From NCBI GenBank assembly GCA_964598195.1, contig CAZRBF010000001.1, positions 5,696 through 41,626 on the forward strand: 35,931 nucleotides of DNA, in the 5' to 3' direction. Of the stretch, positions 29,572-35,931 are shown one piece after another. Source of the stretch: an uncultured Candidatus Peribacteria bacterium. Lineage in GTDB: Bacteria; Patescibacteriota; Gracilibacteria; BD1-5; UBA2023. Position 1 is the stretch's first letter. The number at the start of each line of letters is the position of its first letter. Below the pieces are notes generated by a model. It was given only the letters and a program-made list of their open reading frames with translations, did no database searches and was not told where the DNA came from. The translations under genes and the position numbers were made by a program.

Positions 29572-30843
29572 CTACTTAATTATCTCTCCTGTATATACTG
29601 CTTCAAACGCACTGCCAGGAACCTTCTTCAGTTGGTTGAGATTATCGTCGTTCCACCTCGTGTCGGATGCTCCGGTTATGAACCAATTGGATCCATTGTC
29701 AGCGACGATGAGTCCGTATTTTTTGAGTGCTTCGAGAATAGCCCGAGCTTCCCCTGTGTACTTTGAAGTGTCAAAATCGGCCTTCAGTCGAAGTTTGAGA
29801 CCCATAGGAAGAGCATTCGGATCTTTTATACTTGAGGCATAGTGTGTGGCTGGGTGGATAAACCCGCGTTGTGTTTTGGAGAATGTGACACGTAAGGCAT
29901 GACGAATCTCATTCTTACTCGCTTCATCGTATCGAGCAAGTCCTGGGAATATAGGCAGTCAGGCTGCATCGGCGGAAGTCCAGTAATCTGGGCGCAGAGC
30001 ATTGGAGCGCAGATCGTATTTTGCAGCAGAACTCGCGTCCCAACCAGTCTGAGTTTTGTGTGCATTATAGAGCTCATACAACATACATGCATTCTGATCC
30101 ACGACGATAACATGTCGATCACCATCGCTCGAGTTTCCTCACTCTACAGGGGCATTATCAGGAATAGGATATGGTCCCGGATCACTTTCGTCACCGTAGT
30201 CAGTAAAATTAATGGGCACTTTTTTCTGATCTTTTCCGACGGTTACAAAGGGTATTCCGTATTCTCCATTTCCTCAGAAATCAGCATGCAGAAATTGGTT
30301 TCCAGAAAGATTTTTGATATATGTCATGTAATTTGCCGAGTTTGGATGAACCTTGAGTCCCGAGATATCCTGATTCCAGCTATTATCCGCTGGAAAAATA
30401 GAGCAACTTCCGACTGCTGGATGAGTTGGAGTTGGTGCGGGAGGCATTGCTGGTGTTGGAGTTGGTTGTGTTGGTACTGGAGGTACTGGAACTGGTACTG
30501 GAGTTGGTTGCACTGGAGGAACTACAGCCCCCGTTCTCCCGAGCTCACTCCCGATAAGATCATCCATTTCTCCGATAGACGGATCCTTGAGCCTCTCGAT
30601 AACCGCATCAATTATCGCGAGAATTGTAGCATTTCATGTATATTTTTTCTTGAGCTTCGTGAGCGCTCGTATGTACTTTTCACGGTACGACTCTCACTTT
30701 ACATGGATCGCTCATTCTATTTTAGTTGTTATGCGCTCAACAACAGTACTTGTGTTTACTTCTTGCGCCGAGATACTTCAGGCGAGTGAGAGTAAGACAC
30801 ACCCAGCCACCAGATACTTTATATACGTTCGAGAAAGGATCAT
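29572..30843 (-). CDS. secreted conserved hypothetical protein with Pro/Thr-rich linker
   Basis: Fragments 29572..29805(-) and 30274..30567(-), the stretch between them and the upstream part to ATG 30841-30843 are one frame (translated by hand) joined by TGA codons. Signal peptide YLVAGCVLLSLAGSISAQ. Linker PPVQPTPVPVPVPPVPTQPTPTPAMPPAPTPT. Globular domain with DESDPGPYPIP, DGDRHVIVVD, WTSADAA(G)LPIFPGLARYDE, PMGLKLRLKADFD, ADNGSNWFITG. TAG stop. Confidence 0.7.
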
Positions 30844-30994
30844 AAATGGAAAATTAAGAAGTACAAATTGTCTGTAAATTGTAGCAGAAAAAATGGGGGA
30901 AGCAAGAGTTAGTTAGTGATTTTTTGAAATAAAATTTGATTTTTCCTGAGTATCTGCTATAGTTGTATAAAATTTAACAGTTAAAATTTATACA

Positions 30995-32353
30995 ATGAAA
31001 TTCTATAACAGAAAACAAGAACTTGAGATACTCCAAAAAATAACCAATTCATCCCGTTCGGAGCTTGTATATTTTCTAGGGAGGCGACGCATTGGTAAGA
31101 CGAGTCTTATGAATCATTTTTTTACGAGCAAGAATCAAAAATACTTGTATTTTTTTGTGTCTAACAAAAAAGAATGAAACCTTTTGCAGAGTTTTTCCGA
31201 AACTCTCAAAGAATATCTAGGTTATGACATACACTTCCATTCCATCAGAGAATTTCTCAAATTTTTATTTGAGTATGGAAAAGAGCATCCTTGACTTTGT
31301 GTCGTATTTGACGAGTTTCAAAATTTCACGTATGTTGATGAAAGTATTTTTGATGATTTTCAAGAATTTTGGGATAAATATAAAGAAGGGGCCAATATAA
31401 AACTCTTCGTGATCGGATCACTCTTTACTCTTATGGAGGATATCTTTCAGAGTAAAAAATCTCCACTTTTCGGCAGAGCAACTGCAAAAATTGACGTGCA
31501 AGAATTTGAAGTCGTGACACTTAAAAATATCCTTAGTGACTATGATATGTTTTCGAGTAGGAATCTGCTCGATATATATACACTGTTTGGTGGAGTTCCA
31601 AAGTATTTAGAAGTATTGGACACTATTAAACCCTGAGAGAACCTCTTACTCGAAACCATTCTGAGTGAAGTGTATCTTACGGAAAATTCTATGTTCCTGA
31701 GAGAATGATCCGATCTTCTGCTGACCGAATTTGGAAAAACATCCAGTGTGTATTTTTCCATACTGGAAGCTATTGCCAATGGATACAATAAGAGATCAGA
31801 GATTGCCGATTATACGAAAATGAACTATGATTCCCTTGGACTCTATCTTGAGAATCTTGAAAAAGTATATCATTATATTGAGAAACTTACCCCTATTATC
31901 GCACAAAAAACAACCCTCAATAGATATAAAATCCAAGATAATTTTCTCATTTTTTGGTTTCGATATATCTATAAAAACAGCAATCTTCTCGAGATTAAGA
32001 AATATACAACCCTCAAAGATCATATTCTGGCCGATATAACCAGTCTCCAGTGATTTGCCTTTGAAAAACTCGTGAAAGATCTTCTGATTACTCAAAATAT
32101 CACAAATAGATATATCATAGATTTTGAGAGTATTGGAAATTACTGGGATAAGAGTGGGAATGAGATAGATCTTATTTGTCTGAATTCGCGCACCAAAGAG
32201 GTAGTTTTTGTAGAGTGCAAGCTCAGTGGTACGAAGATTACTGGAGCAGTAAAACAGTCACTTATTGCAAAATCAGAGAATATTCCTGAGCTCAAAGATT
32301 ATAAAAAGTATTACCAGTACTATAGTTTGGATAATCTGGAGGAGTTGTTTTAG
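30995..32353 (+). CDS. ATP-binding protein, Arch_ATPase/DUF234-type AAA ATPase
   Basis: Fragments 30995..31177, 31409..31636, 31748..32053 and 32072..32353 are one frame joined by TGA codons. N-terminus FYNRKQELEILQK...LGRRRIGKTSL (Walker A), Walker B VVFDEFQ. A winged-helix-like middle region (SVYFSILEAIANGYNKRSEIA) and a C-terminal DUF234-like nuclease-fold tail (GNEIDLICLNSRTKEVVFVECK). TAG stop. Confidence 0.75.
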
Positions 32354-32357
32354 TAAT

Positions 32358-32439
32358 AAATAATTGGATATTTGAGGGGATTTGTGGTAGGATGAGGGAA
32401 GATTAAATAGTATTCGAAATACTTTATAAAAATAACATC
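32358..32439 (+). promoter_or_regulatory. conserved upstream element, copy 1 (43-nt G-box repeat plus -10-like box) in front of paralog F
   Basis: aaataattggatatttgaggggatttgtggtaggatgagggaa (32358-32400) is identical to 34412-34454. It is followed by aaatactttataaaaataacatc and ATG 32440. Confidence 0.55.
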
Positions 32440-33723
32440 ATGTCAAAAGCCAGAAATATCTCCAGGCAACAAGCCTCAAAATCCATCATACTTCCATCAG
32501 AAATCCAAAAAGTTGTGGATGAAAGGGGGTTTTATTTGTATGAGTGGGTGAGTTTTGTTGATTTTTTTCGCTCAATAGGAAAATATTTTGTAGTTGCGGT
32601 TGAAAAAAATTGGGGAGTATTTCTTTTTTTCACATTTCTTATAATACCACTTACTTTTTACTCTTGGTTATTTTTAAAAAATAATCTTATTTTTCAATAT
32701 ATATTGGCGATAGTTCTCTTGGGAATTATTTTATCTATCTTAAAATCTTCTCTGTTATTCTCTCTTAAATATGCCAAAAGTATTCAAGTTATTTTTTTAA
32801 AAAATTCAATTATTTTTAATAAAAAATTGTCCGATTATAAATCTCCAAATAAAGAAATAGTCGTATTATGAAGTATCTTTTTTAAACCTCTTTTAGAAGT
32901 TCAGACACAAGATATTGATAACTATCAGTCTTTTATGTGGACATTGGAGGATAAAAGTAAATGAGATATCGGTGCAGCAGGGCTTATATATATGGTGATA
33001 ATAATATTTTGAGTAACACTTTCACATCGTTGGACTGCTGGTTCTTTTATGGATTTATATCTTCCGCTTACTATCTTTGTTGTCCCTATTTGTGCAGTAA
33101 TGATTTATGTATTTTTTTTAAAACAATTTGAGTACTTGATGCAAATATTCATTTATATATTTTTTTTCATACCATTAGCTATATTCAGTTTCCTTATTAA
33201 TTTTCTTTTCTTTTCCATAATTAAGCTCATCACCTTCTTTACTCACTACACCGAAAACAGCATCAACTCACTATTTTCCTCCATCGAAAAATCTTCCAAT
33301 ATCCTCCAGTGTCAGAAGCAGAAACTTCTTGATTCATTGGAAAATGGAACTGGATTTTATGATTTTCAGAAAGTTTTTTCGCTTCTTTCTCGCTCTGCAG
33401 ACTCGAGCATAATCAATTCTCATAAACTTGAGAAACTACTCAAGGACTCTAAATTCCATGATATCTTTGATTTCGAAATCTACCACTCGTGGATTCGTAA
33501 GCAAGTCCGTGAACCATTGGAACAGATCTTGAATCTTATGGAAGATAACCTTCAGATTCTGAAAGAAACAAAAGAGAAACTCGTAAATCAGATTACTGAA
33601 ACGATTGATCAGAATCTTCGTGCTCCACTCGAGCTTCAGCTGGTAAGAATGGATGAGCAAATAGGGGGATTTGAGAGAAATAGACCTATTCTGAGAGAAT
33701 ATTTCGAGAAATTGAAAAATTAA
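32440..33723 (+). CDS. array paralog F: multi-TM membrane protein (427 aa), long form
   Basis: Fragments 32440..32871 and 33049..33723 share a frame and are joined by three TGA codons. N-terminal motif PSEIQKVVDERGFYLYEWVSFVDFFRS. C-terminal module IFDFEIYHSWIRKQVREPLEQILNL...RAPLELQLVRMDEQIGGFE. TAA stop. Confidence 0.7.
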
Positions 33724-34043
33724 CTTTTCAGTAACCTTTTTAATTCTGGTAAAGAATATTTGATACTACTCCACACAATTTCCTCGTCTATTCAGGCATA
33801 GTCATGTGAAATTCGATTCCTAAATCCAGACATCTCATTAAAGGGGATATTTTTGTAGTCCTGAGAAGTAAGAGATCGGATTTTGAGTCCGCATTCTCAG
33901 ATGTGTTGCAATTGCATACAGCATGCATCAAAAGTTTTCTCATCGTCGTAAAATGCTCATAAATCCATACCTTCAACGTAGCGCTCTATTTTATCGATGG
34001 CATTAAGGATCTCGTACTCGTAATATTGGATATTTTTTTCCAT
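33720..34043 (-). CDS. hepT: HepT-like (DUF86) RNase toxin of an MNT/HepT toxin-antitoxin pair
   Basis: Hand translation gives MEKNIQYYEYEILNAIDKIERYVEGMDL(G)AFYDDEKTFDACCMQLQHI(G)ECGLKI...FRNRISHDYA(G)ID. The RxxxH motif (RNRISH) is present. TAA at 33720-33722 overlaps the stop of paralog F by 3 nt. Confidence 0.8.
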
Positions 34044-34044
34044 G

Positions 34045-34353
34045 TTAAAAAATCGTTATAAGATCTTTTTCTATGTATTCCTTCAAATAAGGATTTATTT
34101 TTCTTTTTGTTACAAAATCCACTTTTTTTACCTTGCATTCTTTCACGAGTATTTCCTGTAAATCTTCAAGAGTCCCAAGGGTAACTCTATTGTCTTTCGA
34201 GAGCTCTATAAGAAGGTCAAGATCGCTATTTTTTGTTGCTTCATCTCGAGCATACGATCAGAATAACGATAAGTGACTAATCCCAGAAGTAAGAAAACGA
34301 TTTTTAATCTTTTCTGATGAAAGTGTTTCTTTTATAGTTTGAGACTGGGTCAT
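34045..34353 (-). CDS. mntA: MNT-type nucleotidyltransferase antitoxin
   Basis: ATG at 34351-34353 (minus). ISHLSLF(G)SYARDEATKNSDLDLLIEL is the GS-x10-DxD minimal nucleotidyltransferase motif. TAA at 34045-34047 lies 1 nt before the hepT ATG. Confidence 0.8.
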
Positions 34354-34411
34354 ATTTTGCATAGTTACTGGTAATTGGTCGTAAGTATACGGATTTTCGA
34401 TATATTTCCAA

Positions 34412-34492
34412 AAATAATTGGATATTTGAGGGGATTTGTGGTAGGATGAGGGAAAAATGAATACCATACAAAATACTTTGTAAAATAATTTT
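34412..34492 (+). promoter_or_regulatory. conserved upstream element, copy 2 (43-nt G-box repeat plus extended -10) in front of paralog G
   Basis: 34412-34454 is identical to 32358-32400. TGTAAAAT (extended -10) at 34479-34486 ends 7 nt before ATG 34493. The same region is also upstream of the divergent mntA. Confidence 0.55.
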
Positions 34493-35860
34493 ATGTCTTA
34501 TTCTCTTCAGAATCTCCCATTGGAACTTCAACAGACTCTTAATTCACGGGGTTTTTGCTTTTATAGCTGGATCAGCTATAAAGAATTTTGGCTTTCTATT
34601 CAGAGATTTTTTCTCTCAAAAATGAAGACAATTGTTCGAATTCACTTACTTGTTGGTGTTATTCTTCTCTTTGGATTTTTTATCCTGCCGTTCTTGTCTC
34701 TACAAACAAATGATGAAAAATACTGATTTTTTGTGAGTCAGATATTTCCGATGGCTGTGATGTCTATATATATACTTTTCATCGTGTACATCGCTCTATT
34801 GCATACAAGAAAATATTTAGAGTCCGCCTATATCGTATTTACCAAAGAGTATATTATAGGATTTGGATGAACAACTTCTTATGCAGACTCGTCTCTAATT
34901 TACTGAAAAATTAGGGAATTATGAAAATTTTTCGAGGAACCACTTTTTGGAGAATCGAGACTTCATATTGATAAAAAAGAGCTCAAAAGTCTCTTGTATG
35001 ATGATTTGCGAAGATATTTCTTTTTTCGATCATGGCATAATGTAGATATGAATTGGGAACGAATATTTTCTTACTTTGTTATCTGGGCCACAGTATTCGG
35101 TGTATTTATACCATTTAATTCACCATTCAAAGCATTTATCTGGTCTATCTTTGGGCTCATTATGATCGGCATATTTGCTCACTCTCAAAAAGAGAGACGA
35201 GAATATCAGAAAAATATGGATAAAGATTATCTCCTTCTCATGAATATTATTGGAATTTTTGCTATGGTATTTTCTATTATTGTTTATATGATAGGAAGTA
35301 TCATAGTCTTTGCGATCAGTGGATTTTTTCTTCTTTTTGCTCAAATCATACTCCGTATTACGAAAGCTCGTGAGATGTATATACATCAAGCTTTTCGATC
35401 TATTGAGGATGCTTCATGGAGATTACGAAATTTACAAGATGAAGCTTGTGAATATTTATTCCAAGTATCCAAGAGTCATTTTTCTGATCGAGCTCTCTCA
35501 AAGATTGAAAAAACTCTGAAAAGTATATCCAGAGAAGCCGATATTTGTGTATGCAAAAGTACCCAATTGAGAAAATATTTTCATTCACAAGGGTATGATA
35601 ATATTTTCGATTTTCACACCTACGATCGTTGGCTTCGTACAGAAATGCTTCCACCAATCCAGGATATTTGCTTGATTTTGCAAAAGCAATATAATCTTCT
35701 CGAAACAAGCATATTATCCATTTCTGGGCAGATCACTGAAAGCTTGGATACTTTTCGACCAGCTCTGCAGTTGCAAGAACAGCGTCTTATGAAACAGAAA
35801 ACATTACTTTGAGAAAATATTGTAATTTTGGAGGGGTATATGAGGGAACTGGAGGGATAA
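34493..35860 (+). CDS. array paralog G: multi-TM membrane protein (455 aa), long form
   Basis: Fragments 34493..34726 and 34994..35812 share a frame and are joined by TGA codons. The standard-code end TGA 35810-35812 is read through to TAA 35858-35860. N-terminal motif PLELQQTLNSRGFCFYSWISYKEFWLS. C-terminal module IFDFHTYDRWLRTEMLPPIQDICL...RPALQLQEQRLMKQ. Confidence 0.7.
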
Positions 35861-35931
35861 TTGATTTTTAACAAATGAGACTTCATGAGCATATTGAGAA
35901 TTTGAATCAATTGAAAAATACTTTGTAAAAT
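35824..35931 (+). promoter_or_regulatory. degenerate third copy of the upstream element at the window edge
   Basis: aattttggaggggtatatgagggaactggagggataa has G-boxes related to the 43-nt repeat and here forms the 3' end of paralog G. aaaaatactttgtaaaat at 35914-35931 is identical to the -10 box of copy 2. The window ends where the next ATG would be expected. Confidence 0.4.

Noticed and set aside
29899-30789. 296-aa plus-strand ORF with a striking Trp/Cys-rich run (WSWCGRHCWCWSWLCWYWRYWNWYWSWLHW).
   Set aside because: It is the reverse complement of the Pro/Thr/Val linker (CCN/ACN/GTN codons) of the minus-strand secreted protein 29572..30843, which has a signal peptide and conserved domain motifs.
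34258-34531. Minus-strand ORFs 34258..34467 and 34304..34531 as separate genes upstream of paralog G.
   Set aside because: The first is the N-terminal part of the MNT gene (34045..34353) artificially extended upstream to an earlier in-frame alternative start and cut at its TGA-Gly codon. The second is off-frame, runs across the 43-nt repeat and the start of paralog G, and has no recognisable features.
1-35931. Scan for tRNA, rRNA, tmRNA, transposase/integrase genes and long inverted repeats.
   Set aside because: I found no cloverleaf-like GTTCGAATC-type T-arm context outside coding sequence, no rRNA-like stretches and no transposase or integrase motifs in any re-joined ORF. A tRNAscan/Infernal run would be needed to be definitive.

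Overview
AT-rich bacterial window that only reads sensibly with translation table 25 (TGA = Gly), which points to a Gracilibacteria/Absconditabacteria (SR1)-type CPR genome. The standard-code ORF track is cut at in-frame TGAs that sit on invariant glycines (RecG DEQHRF-G-V, MraY GDV-G-S, SpeE LVL-G-GGDG, MNT LF-G-SYAR). After re-joining fragments by hand I count about 40 genes.

Left third:
- a flippase fragment, a LysM-like protein and recG;
- an exopolysaccharide module: small membrane protein, processive GT2 synthase, TM-anchored HlyD/MFP adaptor and a convergent UDP-glucose 6-dehydrogenase. This module is conspicuously free of TGA-Gly codons;
- a pilin-like gene co-transcribed with a polysaccharide-lyase-fold lipoprotein;
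- a 528-aa orphan, mraY and a bPH-like membrane protein.

Right two thirds: one long plus-strand block (17141-29568) containing
- a polyamine/membrane-stress module: AdoMet decarboxylase, two Zn-ribbon-DUF4178 proteins, DUF350, a YdjI-type SPFH-SHOCT protein and a membrane-anchored spermidine synthase;
- a TelA-family protein;
- the start of an expansion of seven paralogous membrane proteins (four of ~250 aa with 2 TM, three of ~430-455 aa with 4 or more TM) that share one C-terminal helical module.

This array is the most unusual thing in the window. It is interrupted by yidD, a secreted protein, a DUF234-type ATPase and an MNT/HepT toxin-antitoxin pair, and it appears to continue past the right edge. 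I recognised no rRNA, tRNA, CRISPR array or transposase. All family assignments come from motif reading by eye, not from searches.
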